The translations under genes and the position numbers were made by a program. Source: a bacterium (lineage in GTDB: Bacteria; Krumholzibacteriota; Krumholzibacteriia; G020349025). From it: a stretch of 64,000 bases of DNA. The DNA lies in assembly GCA_031362565.1 (NCBI GenBank), contig JANLSU010000120.1, positions 32,001 through 96,000 of the forward strand. Reading direction: 5' to 3'. Shown here one piece after another: positions 39,158-48,700 of the stretch (position 1 is the first letter of the stretch; the number at the start of each line of letters is the position of its first letter). A model generated the notes under the pieces. It was not told the DNA's origin and made no database searches. It worked only from the letters and a program-made list of their open reading frames with translations.

Positions 39158-39817
39158 GACGCGCGGCAGATCGGCGATCGAATCGATCAGGTGCGTGTGC
39201 GGCGCACGCTCGAGGCGGGCGCGATCGTGCGCGCCCGTGAGGACGCCGATATTCCAGCGCACCCCGGCGCGGTGCCCGGCCTCGAGGTCGAGCGCGGTGT
39301 CACCGACCGCGGCGACGCGATCGACGCGGGTGACGCCGGCCGCCGCCATGGCCTTGAAGATGAGATCCGGTGCGGGCCGTCCCTGCGCGACGTCGTCGCC
39401 GCAGACGACGGCGTCGGCGGTGCCGTTGTTCCAGCCTAGAGCCGCGAGCAAGAGCGCGGTAATTTCCCGGTCAAAACCGGTATTGAACGCGACCCGAATC
39501 CCCTGTTCGCGCAGCCAGCCGAAGGTGCGTTCGGCACCGTCGATCGCTTCGACACCGTCGCGCTGGTAGCGCTCCGCCAAGTGGCTGCGGAAGGCCGCAT
39601 CGATCTCGGCGGCGCGTTGGACATGCTGCGGCCCCTCCGGCACCAGACCAAGGATCGCTTGGCGCTTGGAGGCGCCGCGCAGATTGTTGATCTGTGCGGC
39701 GGATAATTCGATCCCGTGGGCGCCAAGCGCGGCGGAAAACGCCGCGGGAACTTCACCTCGATCACGCACCGTCGTGCCGGCGAGATCGAAGATCACCAAG
39801 TCGATCTCGGGGTTCAT
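39131..39817 (-). CDS. HAD-superfamily phosphonatase-like hydrolase
   Basis: 'IFDLAGTTV', 'NTGF', 'GRPAPDLI', 'VGDT..DL.AG'. ATGA overlap with the upstream gene. Confidence 0.85.
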   Translation of the reverse strand: MNPEIDLVIFDLAGTTVRDRGEVPAAFSAALGAHGIELSAAQINNLRGASKRQAILGLVPEGPQHVQRAAEIDAAFRSHLAERYQRDGVEAIDGAERTFGWLREQGIRVAFNTGFDREITALLLAALGWNNGTADAVVCGDDVAQGRPAPDLIFKAMAAAGVTRVDRVAAVGDTALDLEAGHRAGVRWNIGVLTGAHDRARLERAPHTHLIDSIADLPRVLPGGGGRL

Positions 39818-40416
39818 GTGCGGCACTCGGAACAGAGGCCGTTGGTGGTGAGATCTTCGTCCGGGGCTGGAACCTGGCACGTGCGGCACGGCGACCACGG
39901 ATCGATTTGACCAGTCGACATGCCATAGCGTTCACGCAATAGCGATGCCGCACGCGTGACGATGTTGCGGCATTCCAGCGCCGAGAGGCGCCGGAACGTT
40001 TGCGCCCAGGAGTGGCGTTCGGAGAACTCCGGGAAGTGCGGCGCCTCGCCCCAGCGGCAGGCCGGATTCTTCGTGGTGCGGCTCCGTCCGAGCAAGTGCA
40101 AATGCACGCGGCGATGCAAACGCGGCGTCTTCGGTCCGGGCGGTTCGGCGGCGTCATTGAGCGCCCAGTTCCCCGCTTCCCAGTAGTTGATACAGCCGCC
40201 CTCGAGCTGCGGGAGCGTATCGAGCATGGCGCGGCCTGACGCCGCGACGAGGAACGCCCAAAATGTCAGCTCGGCGGGCTCGAGTTCGCTCCGCTCCCAC
40301 ACGACGCGCGGTGGTTCGACGATCAAATTGCCGCCATCCTCGGCGCTCACGAGTGCCGCGCCGGGCGCCGGCAGAACGATGTCGCCGCCCGCGCAATGGA
40401 AGACTCTTCGATTCAC
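39814..40416 (-). CDS. HIT-fold-like hypothetical protein with C-terminal Cys4 motif
   Basis: 'EDGGNLIV.P', 'INYWEAGNW', 'VHLHLLGR'. Ends CRTC...CSEC. Confidence 0.55.
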   Translation of the reverse strand: MNRRVFHCAGGDIVLPAPGAALVSAEDGGNLIVEPPRVVWERSELEPAELTFWAFLVAASGRAMLDTLPQLEGGCINYWEAGNWALNDAAEPPGPKTPRLHRRVHLHLLGRSRTTKNPACRWGEAPHFPEFSERHSWAQTFRRLSALECRNIVTRAASLLRERYGMSTGQIDPWSPCRTCQVPAPDEDLTTNGLCSECRT

Positions 40417-40446
40417 GCTTCGCCTCCTCGGGCGGTACTCGGCCGG

Positions 40447-40629
40447 TTACTTCGCAGCCGCCTTATCCATCGCATCGCCGGTTTCGATCCGGCGCTTCAA
40501 GCGCGCGAACTGCTCGCCCAGGACCCTGTCGACTCCCGGGGCGATGGCGGTGAGTCCACCTGCATAGTAGCCGCCCACATTGTAGACGAGCGTCAGACTC
40601 GATCCGCTGCCTTGCGGCGTGATTTGGAA
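40447..40629 (-). pseudogene. C-terminal fragment of a probable SRPBCC/START-like protein
   Basis: My translation: FQITPQGSGSSLTLVYNVGGYYAGGLTAIAPGVDRVLGEQFARLKRRIETGDAMDKAAAK*. An in-frame TGA lies about 10 codons upstream and there is no start codon. Confidence 0.55.
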
Positions 40630-40690
40630 TGGGTTCGATCGAACGGGCGCGACGGCGGCTCAAAGAAGGAGGGCGAGGGAGCGAGAGGAG

Positions 40691-40820
40691 GGCACCGTGG
40701 AGTCCTTTTCGGAGGGGGCGGATGGAATGCCGAACCCCACGGTGCCTGGTAGGACGATCCGAGCCCCAGCTCGGGCCTTCACTCGTCGGGATTCCCCGTC
40801 GGGAAGGCAAAGGCAATATA
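40691..40820 (-). ncRNA. Candidate structured RNA or leader (three hairpins) downstream of a TATATT -10 element
   Basis: GCCTTC..GAAGGC stem, CCGAGC-tggg-GCTCGG stem, GGCACCGTGG..CCACGGTGCC stem. No Rfam family recognised. Confidence 0.35.
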
Positions 40821-40923
40821 GGGCGGGGGGCGTGACTTTCCGATGAACCGTCGATGACAGTTTCGACATGCGAATTGTCGTGTGGCGGGGCGCGCGGTCT
40901 CATTCAGGCCAGCCTGGCGATCC

Positions 40924-42522
40924 TCAGTGCCGCGCTTCGAACCCCGCTGCTTGCGGCGTGAACTCCTGTTTGACGGTGGGCGGGAGTTCCGATTCGAAAT
41001 CGTGCAGGTGAGCGGCGAGCAGCGAGTCGGCCGGTGCGTCGGCCGCCAAGAACGTGACCGTCGAATCGCCGCAAACAATGTTGCCGCGAATCGTCCACGC
41101 GCCGGCCCGCTGCCAGCCGGCGAACCAGCGGCCGAACCACGATTCGTAGACGACCGCCACGCGCGCCCCTTTGCCGCGGACCATCACATCGAGATCCGCC
41201 AGTCCGTGCGCCCGCCGCAGCCGGAGCACGTCCCGGTCGGCGATGCCAACGACATCGATGCAGCGCACCCCGGAAAATACGCTCACCGCTCCAACGTCGT
41301 TCATCGCCACCGGCTCGCCGGCGTAGTACTGCCGGAGGAAACGCGCCATCTGGGTCTGCTGTTCGTAGATGTTGCGCACCGCGATCGGTACGGCGCGATG
41401 GCTTTCGAGGCCGCGTTTTGCGAACGGCACTGCCGCGAGCGCCAGCACGAGCGCCAGCGTCAAGGCAGCGTTGCGGCGCGGCGCCGCGGCGACCGCCAGC
41501 GCGATCGCCACAATGCCCACCGCGAACAGATACGCCTCGTATCGATAGAACCAACCTAAGGCCGCAAATTGGACATGCGCGATCGCAATGCCGAGCGCGA
41601 TCGCGAGCCAGGCCGATGTTTCATCCCGCCAGCCGGCACGACGCACTTGCCGGACGAGAAGGAGTCCCAGTAAGACAAGCAAGGCGCTCAGCGCGACGTT
41701 GCGCGGCGCCACGAATTGCTCCACGAAGTGCAGTGGGCTCGAGCGCCCGTGAAGTCCCGCCGTGCCTTTCACCCAAAGCGCATTCGGGAGGATCGTGCCG
41801 CCGTGCCGGAGCGACACCCCTCCGTAGACGAGCGGCGGCACCGCACTCGCAAGCCCCACTCCGAAGCTCCATCGCCAACGGCGATGCAACGCGAAGAGCA
41901 ACAGGATTGCGCCAATGACCACGACGGACTCGTAGCGCGTCGCCATGAGTGCCGCGGCGAGCCCGGCCACCGGCCATGGCAGCCATGCGCTTGGAGGTTG
42001 CGAGCGCACCGCCCGCACGCAACGGTCGACGAAGACCAGCAGGAGCATGGCGTGGAGCGGATGCTCCATCCCGGTGAAGACGAGCGGCGCAAGCGGCACA
42101 ACGAACGATAGCGCCAGCAAGACGGCGAGAATCGCACCGGGTCCGAAACCGCGCGCCCGCAAAACGTGCGCCGCCACGAAGACGAGACCCAGGGCGGCGG
42201 CCCAAGCGAGGCCGAACGGCGCCACGGCGGCGTCGATTCCCAGCGCCGTCGGCCCCGCAATGAGCAGCGTCCACAGCGGTGACGACGAAGCCGCCACGAA
42301 CTCGGACGGGTTCACGCCCCAGGTGCCGGATTGCACCAGATTGCGCGCCATAGCGATGTGGATCGAGGGATCGTCGAGCGCATACCCGAAGCGCCCGTGG
42401 GTAGCGGCCAGCGCCTGATGGCGAAGCACGAGTACGGCCGCACAGAAAATCCCGCCGGCCATCCACTCGGGGCCGATCGAACGCCGCGCCGCCAACGGCC
42501 TTCCTCCAAGGAACGAGGGCAC
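40924..42522 (-). CDS. GT-C-like integral membrane protein (putative glycosyltransferase)
   Basis: 'YALDDPSIHIAMARNL', 'SSSPLWTLL', 'GMEHPL', 'TRYE', 'YRYEAY', 'NDVGA', 'DVVGI'. Many TM segments. Confidence 0.65.
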   Translation of the reverse strand: MPSFLGGRPLAARRSIGPEWMAGGIFCAAVLVLRHQALAATHGRFGYALDDPSIHIAMARNLVQSGTWGVNPSEFVAASSSPLWTLLIAGPTALGIDAAVAPFGLAWAAALGLVFVAAHVLRARGFGPGAILAVLLALSFVVPLAPLVFTGMEHPLHAMLLLVFVDRCVRAVRSQPPSAWLPWPVAGLAAALMATRYESVVVIGAILLLFALHRRWRWSFGVGLASAVPPLVYGGVSLRHGGTILPNALWVKGTAGLHGRSSPLHFVEQFVAPRNVALSALLVLLGLLLVRQVRRAGWRDETSAWLAIALGIAIAHVQFAALGWFYRYEAYLFAVGIVAIALAVAAAPRRNAALTLALVLALAAVPFAKRGLESHRAVPIAVRNIYEQQTQMARFLRQYYAGEPVAMNDVGAVSVFSGVRCIDVVGIADRDVLRLRRAHGLADLDVMVRGKGARVAVVYESWFGRWFAGWQRAGAWTIRGNIVCGDSTVTFLAADAPADSLLAAHLHDFESELPPTVKQEFTPQAAGFEARH

Positions 42523-42614
42523 CAGCGCACCGCACCACGGCGTTCAGGCGCCGACAATTGCAAGAGCGCGAAGTGTAACGCCGCCGCCGAACCGGAACAA
42601 GGCCGGCCATCGAC

Positions 42615-42681
42615 ATTACAGAGATGTAATCTGAGCTGCCGCGGCACCGGAGTTGACGGTCAAGGCGTTGCGGGATAACAT
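42615..42681 (+). promoter_or_regulatory. Palindromic operator plus sigma70 promoter for the two-component cluster
   Basis: ATTACA-gaga-TGTAAT (42615-42630), then TTGACG-17 nt-TAACAT (42653-42681). Confidence 0.6.
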
Positions 42682-42743
42682 CAATCCACCGGCTCAGGCG
42701 CGCGTCTTCACCGCCATCGACGAAAGTCCGGACCGAGTCTTCA

Positions 42744-44495
42744 ATGCAGAACCGCGAGCAACCATCCACGCCTGACGAAACCGCCGCGGCGGAAGCTGGT
42801 GGAAGCCTCGACTTGGCCGCCGAGTCGACCCGTCGGGACCACGCTACCGCCACTCGTGAACCGGCGAACGCCCACCTGCGCGTCCTGCTCGTCGAAGACG
42901 TCACGGTCGACGCCGAGTTCATCGAGCGCGAACTGCGCAAAGCCGCTGTGCTGTTCCTGATGAGGCGCGTTGAAAACTCGGACGATTTCGTCCGAGCGCT
43001 GGAGGAGTTTGCGCCCAGCATCGTGCTTGCCGACTACCTCTTGCCGCGCTTCGGCGCCCTGGAAGCGCTGCAGCTCTTGCGAGGCAAAGGCTTGGATATC
43101 CCATTTATTCTCGTGACCGGCAGCCAGTCCGAGGAGGTCGCAGTCGCTTGCATGAAGGAAGGTGCCGACGACTACATCCTCAAGGACCGCCTGGCCCGCC
43201 TCCCGGGCGCGATCGCCAATGCGCTGGAAAAGAAGGACGGCGAGCGCAACCGCCGCGTGGCCATTGCGGCACTGGCCCGGAGCGCTCAGCAGTTTCAACT
43301 GATCACCGACAACACCCATGACATCATCTGTCTGGTCGACAAGACCGGCGCGATCTTGTATGTGAGCCCGTCCTGCCGGCAGCGTCTCGGTTTCACACCG
43401 GAGGACATCGTCCAGGGCGACATGGCGTGCATGTTCTCGCTGGGCGACGAGGCGGGAGAGGCGCCGCGCGGGCTTCACGAGTTCATCCGGGCGGGCGCCC
43501 TGCGGCGGACGGAATTCCGCTGCCGGCACAAGAATGGCGAGTGGCGCTTCTTCGAGTCGACCGGCCGATGGATCGTCGAAGCGGACGGTTCGAAGAGCCG
43601 GGCCGTCCTGGTGTGGCGCGATATCACGCGCCGCAAACGCTCCGAGTCCCAACTCCGGCAGGCGCTCCGGGACCTGAAAAACCGCGAAAGCGCCCGGGTC
43701 GCAGCGCTGGAGGACTTGAAGTCGTCGCATGCGGAGTTGCAATCGGTGCAATTCCAACTCATCCAGGCCGAAAAGATGGAATCCGTCGGCCGGTTGGCGG
43801 CTGGTGTCGCCCATGAGGTCAAGAATCCACTGACCGTGCTGCTCATGGGAACGGAGTACTTGCGCAAGCATTTGCCCGATGGCGACCCTGAACTTCCGAC
43901 CGTGCTCGACGAGATGGCGGATGCGGTGGCGCGGGCCAATACCGTTATTCTCGGCCTGCTGGATTTCTCGCGCCCGGGAGTGCTCGAGCTCAAATTGGAG
44001 CATCCACACACGATCGTCGAGCAAGCGCTGGTGCTCGTCAAACACGATCTGACCCGCCTGAACGTCGAGGTCGTGCGCGATTTTGCCGCCGATGTTCCGC
44101 CGTTGAACCTCGATCGCGCCAAGATGGAGCAGGTGCTCGTCAATTTGTTCACCAATGCGATTCATGCAATGAGCGATCGTGGAACGCTGACATTGCGTAC
44201 GCGCGTCGTGACGGCGTCCGAACTCGGCACGCGCGGTGCGATGCACGATCCCGCCGAGGAAGCCGTCGTGGTGCAGGTGGCCGATACGGGGACCGGCATC
44301 CCCGCCGCCAAGCTGCTCCGTATCTTCGACCCGTTTTTCACGACCAAACCGACGGGCACCGGAACCGGCCTGGGACTGACGGTCACGCAGCGCATTGTCG
44401 ATCTGCACGGCGGCTCGATTGCCATCGAGAACAACGCCGGTGGCGGCGTCTGTGCGACAATCGCCCTTTGGCGTGGAGGCCGTCGTGCTGGATAG
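42744..44495 (+). CDS. Hybrid sensor histidine kinase (REC-PAS-HisKA-HATPase)
   Basis: 'VLLVED', 'ADY.LP', PAS 'ILYVSPS', H-box 'AHEVKNPL', 'NLFTNA', 'DTGTGI', 'FDPFFTTK', 'GTGLGL'. Confidence 0.93.
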   Translation: MQNREQPSTPDETAAAEAGGSLDLAAESTRRDHATATREPANAHLRVLLVEDVTVDAEFIERELRKAAVLFLMRRVENSDDFVRALEEFAPSIVLADYLLPRFGALEALQLLRGKGLDIPFILVTGSQSEEVAVACMKEGADDYILKDRLARLPGAIANALEKKDGERNRRVAIAALARSAQQFQLITDNTHDIICLVDKTGAILYVSPSCRQRLGFTPEDIVQGDMACMFSLGDEAGEAPRGLHEFIRAGALRRTEFRCRHKNGEWRFFESTGRWIVEADGSKSRAVLVWRDITRRKRSESQLRQALRDLKNRESARVAALEDLKSSHAELQSVQFQLIQAEKMESVGRLAAGVAHEVKNPLTVLLMGTEYLRKHLPDGDPELPTVLDEMADAVARANTVILGLLDFSRPGVLELKLEHPHTIVEQALVLVKHDLTRLNVEVVRDFAADVPPLNLDRAKMEQVLVNLFTNAIHAMSDRGTLTLRTRVVTASELGTRGAMHDPAEEAVVVQVADTGTGIPAAKLLRIFDPFFTTKPTGTGTGLGLTVTQRIVDLHGGSIAIENNAGGGVCATIALWRGGRRAG

Positions 44496-44877
44496 GAAGA
44501 CGCGAATTCTGATCATCGACGACGAAGCAGGACTGACGCTGCTCATCAAGTTGTGTCTCGAGGACACGGGCAAGTACACCGTGCAGGCGGCGACCCGCGG
44601 CGCAACCGGCCTTCTAGCCGCCCGGACCTTCGAGCCGGATGTCATCCTCTTGGACGCGATCATGCCGGACATGAGTGGCCTCGAGGTGGCGATGCAGATC
44701 CGCGCCGACCCGGCAATCGGACGGACCCCGATCGTCTTTTTGACCGCGACCGTCTCGGACAGCAACGACCGCACTTCGGCTGGCTCGTTGTTCGATTTTC
44801 CAGTGATCGCCAAGCCGGCGACCGCTCAACAGATCATGGACCGGATCGAAATAGAATTGGCGTCGCGTCCACAGTGA
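44485..44877 (+). CDS. Single-domain response regulator
   Basis: 'ILIIDDE', 'LLDAIMPDMSG', 'VFLTA', 'AKP'. GTG start with GGAGG. Confidence 0.88.
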   Translation: MLDRKTRILIIDDEAGLTLLIKLCLEDTGKYTVQAATRGATGLLAARTFEPDVILLDAIMPDMSGLEVAMQIRADPAIGRTPIVFLTATVSDSNDRTSAGSLFDFPVIAKPATAQQIMDRIEIELASRPQ

Positions 44878-44917
44878 CCGCGCCCGGAACGGGACGAACC
44901 CCAATGGAGGTGTGGAC

Positions 44918-45661
44918 ATGAGAGTGCTCGTCGTCGAAGACGATAAGGGCGTAGCGAGTTTTCTCAGGCGCGGGTTGCGCGAGGCTCTCTACACGGTGGA
45001 TTTAGCTGCCGACGGTGAGGAGGCGCTCTTTCTCGCGCAGACGGGCGAGTACGACCTGATCGTGCTGGATCTCGTCCTACCGAAGCGCGACGGGCTGGAC
45101 GTCTTGCGAACACTGCGCGGGTCGCGGGTCACCGTGCCGGTGCTGATCTTGACCGGCAAGGAATCCGAAGAAGACAAGGTGGCCGGCTTGGACGCCGGCG
45201 CCGACGACTACCTGACGAAGCCCTTCGGTTTCGACGAGTTTCTGGCCCGCGTCCGCGCCTTGATCCGGCGCCGTGGCGACCTCGCCACGACTTCGCTCCA
45301 CGCCGGCGATATCGAACTCGACACCCTTCGCCACCGGGCAACCCGCGGCGAGGTGGCGCTCGCACTCACGAATCGCGAATACGAACTGCTCGAATTTCTG
45401 TTGCGGCACGCCGATGAGGTCGTGACCCGGACGATGTTGGCAGAGCATGTGTGGGAACACGATTTCGATCCGATGTCCAATGTCATCGATGTGCACATTG
45501 CGCGCCTGCGGCGCAAGATCGACGACGGGCGCCCGGTGAAGCTGCTGCAGACCATTCGCGGACGTGGGTACATCATGCGCGCCAGCGTGGAGACTGCCGA
45601 AGCAGCGGACTTGTCGGCGGAACCCGAGGATCTCAAGGACTCCAAGAAACGCGCCGGCTGA
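44918..45661 (+). CDS. OmpR/PhoB-family (CusR/CopR-like) DNA-binding response regulator
   Basis: 'MRVLVVEDD', 'GADDYLTKPF', 'LTNREYELL', 'EHVW..DFDPMSNVIDVHIARLRRKID', 'QTIRGRGY'. Confidence 0.92.
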   Translation: MRVLVVEDDKGVASFLRRGLREALYTVDLAADGEEALFLAQTGEYDLIVLDLVLPKRDGLDVLRTLRGSRVTVPVLILTGKESEEDKVAGLDAGADDYLTKPFGFDEFLARVRALIRRRGDLATTSLHAGDIELDTLRHRATRGEVALALTNREYELLEFLLRHADEVVTRTMLAEHVWEHDFDPMSNVIDVHIARLRRKIDDGRPVKLLQTIRGRGYIMRASVETAEAADLSAEPEDLKDSKKRAG

Positions 45662-45703
45662 CCCTTGGGCCACAACGCAGCCGGCCGAGCCCGAGACCTC
45701 GGC

Positions 45704-48700
45704 TTACTCGCGCCCCAACACGGGCACCGGCCGGACTGCTGTCTGCCGGTGCAGCGTCGCGTGAACGTGATGGGTGCCGCCGTCGTCCGCACAGGGAATC
45801 GCTTCGGCGTCGACACCTGCCCCATTGAACGTCGCGACAATGCGGCCTTCACTGATCCCATCCGGGTTGTCGACGACAATTTCATACCGCGTCCGTCCAA
45901 GGCGAATCGAGATGGTGAATCCCTGCCACGTTGCCGGAATGTGCGGCTGCAGCGAAAAATGCGTGCCGCGGCGCCGCAAGCCCAAGATCGCCTCCAACCC
46001 GGCGCGATGCATCCACCCCGCCGAGCCGGTGTACCACGTCCAACCGCCACGGCCTGAATGCATCGGGTGCGCATAAACGTCGGCCGCGATGACATACGGT
46101 TCGGCCCGGTAGCGCTCCGCAGCTCGACGCGTGCGGGTGTGATTGATCGGATTCAACAAGTGGAAGAACTCGACCGCTTCCTCGCCGCCGCCCTGCAGAG
46201 CCGTCGCCATGACGACCCAGGCAGCGGCGTGCGTGTACTGGCCGCCGTTCTCGCGCACTCCCGGCACGTACCCCTTGATGTACCCGGGATCATGCGGCGT
46301 GCGGTCGAAGGGCGGCGAAAGCAGCTGGATGAGTTGCGTATCCCGGTGGACGAGGTGCTGCCGCACGGCATCCAAGGCGCGTTCGCATTTCCCAGGGTCC
46401 GCGACGCCGGACAGCACCGCCCAGGACTGTGAGATGGAATCGATGCGGCACTCTTCGCTCTGCGACGAACCGAGCGGTGAACCGTCGTCGAAATAGCCGC
46501 GCCGGTACCACGAACCATCCCACGCCTGATCGAGCATCGTGGCCAGCCGGGTCACTTCCTGTTTGTAGCGCGACGCGTGGCTCACGTCGTTGCGTCCGAG
46601 AGCGATCGATTCGAAGTCGCGCAGAATCAACGCCAGGAACCATCCGAGCCAAACACTCTCGCCGCGCCCCTCGTGGCCGACGCGGTTCATTCCGTCGTTC
46701 CAGTCGCCAGTGCCGAAGAGCGGCAGTCCATGCGTACCCACGACGAGCGCCCGGTCGATGGCGCGCACGCAGTGTTCGTAGAGAGTGGCCGACTGCTGCG
46801 AGACCGCCGGCTGCCCGTAGGATTCACCGGCGCCGGGTTCGAGCACCGGAGCCTCCAAGAACGGCACGTCGACGTCGAGAATCCGTCGGTCGCCGACGGT
46901 TTGCAGGTAATGCGCCACGGCAAACGGCAGCCACAGAAGATCGTCGGAGCAGCGCGTGCGCACCCCGCGTCCGGTCACTGGGTGCCACCAGTGCTGGACA
47001 TCGCCCTCGAGGAACTGCCGTGAAGCGGCGTGCAGAACATGATCGCGAAACAGCGTGGGCGCCGACCACGACAACGCCAGGACATCCTGCAATTGGTCAC
47101 GGAACCCAAACGCGCCGCTCGACTGGTAGAAGCCGGTTCGCGCCCACAACCGGCAGGCGACGTCCTGGTAGACAAGCCAGCGGTTGATCAAGAGATCGAA
47201 CGAATCATCGGGCGTGTGGACGCGGACGGCCTCCAAGAGATCGTCCCATCCCGCTTCGACCGCCGCCAACGCCGCGTTTGCCGCCGCACCGCTTCCGAGC
47301 CGCCGTACGCAATCGAGCGCCGCAGCCCGGTCCGCCGCTTGGCCGACCAGGAACAGAATCTCGTGTGTTTCCCCGGGGTGCAGGTCGAGAGCCGCGTGCA
47401 GTACCGCGCACGGATCGAGGCCGGCGCCGAACCTTCCACCCAGCAACTCGTTCTCCAGGCCGGCGGGATTCGCAACGCTGCGATTGCGGCCGATGAATTC
47501 GGCCCGGTCGCCGGTCGCGGATCGCAAGTGGCTCGCGCAGTGGACGAAGGCGACGCGAGCGGCAAAATCCTCGTTGTACGGATTGCGCGCCAAGACCGTG
47601 GCACTCGCCGCGTCGAATTCGGTCACGACATGCAGGTGGTCGCCGGCGCGGGGCGGGCACAGCGCCCACTGAAAATAGGCGAACGCGCTCGCCCGCCGGG
47701 TTCGTGGCGATCGATTCGTGATGCTGAGGCGGACAAATTTGACCGCCTCGTCGGCATGAACGAACTGTGTCAGCTCGTGATGCAACCCATGGCGGGCATG
47801 CTCGAACCGCGCCACTCCCGCACCGAACCGCGCCACCCAGAGGGGGTCTTCCCGGGCGCGCCGCAACGGGCCCGGCGTGGCACCCCAAACCTGTCCCGTA
47901 TCGTCGTCGCGCAGATACACGGCTTCCGACGTCGACTCGGTGACTGGATCGTTGGCGAACGGCGTCAAACGGTTCTCGCGGCTGTTCTCCGACCAGGTGA
48001 ATGCACAACCCGCCGCCGTGACCAGCGTCCCGAAGCGCGGATTCGCCAGCACGTGGCTCCAAGGGAGCGGCGTCTGCTCGTCACCGCGCAGTGCAATGAC
48101 GTATTCGCGGCCGTCGGCGGTATAGCCACCGATTCCATTCGCAAACGTCAACCCCGGCAGCACCGGTTCGGCTTGGTCGTCGGGCAAACGTTCTTCGGGT
48201 TGCCGCGTCGGACGCAGGACCCGCGGCGCGGCGGCCTCCGGGATCGGGCGCTCGATCTGTTCGGCCAACGACCCCCGGTCGCCACTCAACACGACGCGCG
48301 CCACCGTGCAGAGCAGGAACTTTTGATTCACCGGCATCGCGTCGGCACGGGTCAAGAAGGCGCCGCCGGAACGGTCGCGCCAACTTGCCCAGGGGCCGCT
48401 GCGCAGCAGTTCCGCCAAACTGTCGTGCATCTGGCCGAGATAACTCCCCGGGTATTCATTGAGAATCACGACATCGGCGCGCAACGCCGCGAGCCGCCAG
48501 TACTCCTGCGCCTGCAGCACTTGCCGGACGAGGGCCAGGTCGTCGGCCTCGACGACCCGGACGAGAACGATGGGCAGGTCGCCGGAAATTCCGAAGCCCC
48601 AGAGGCCCGATTGCGCCAGTTCATTGGCAGCGCCGAATTCCGGCGCCGCCCGCATCGATCCATCGGCGTAGAACACCCGTGACGCCAGGCGCTCGAACAG

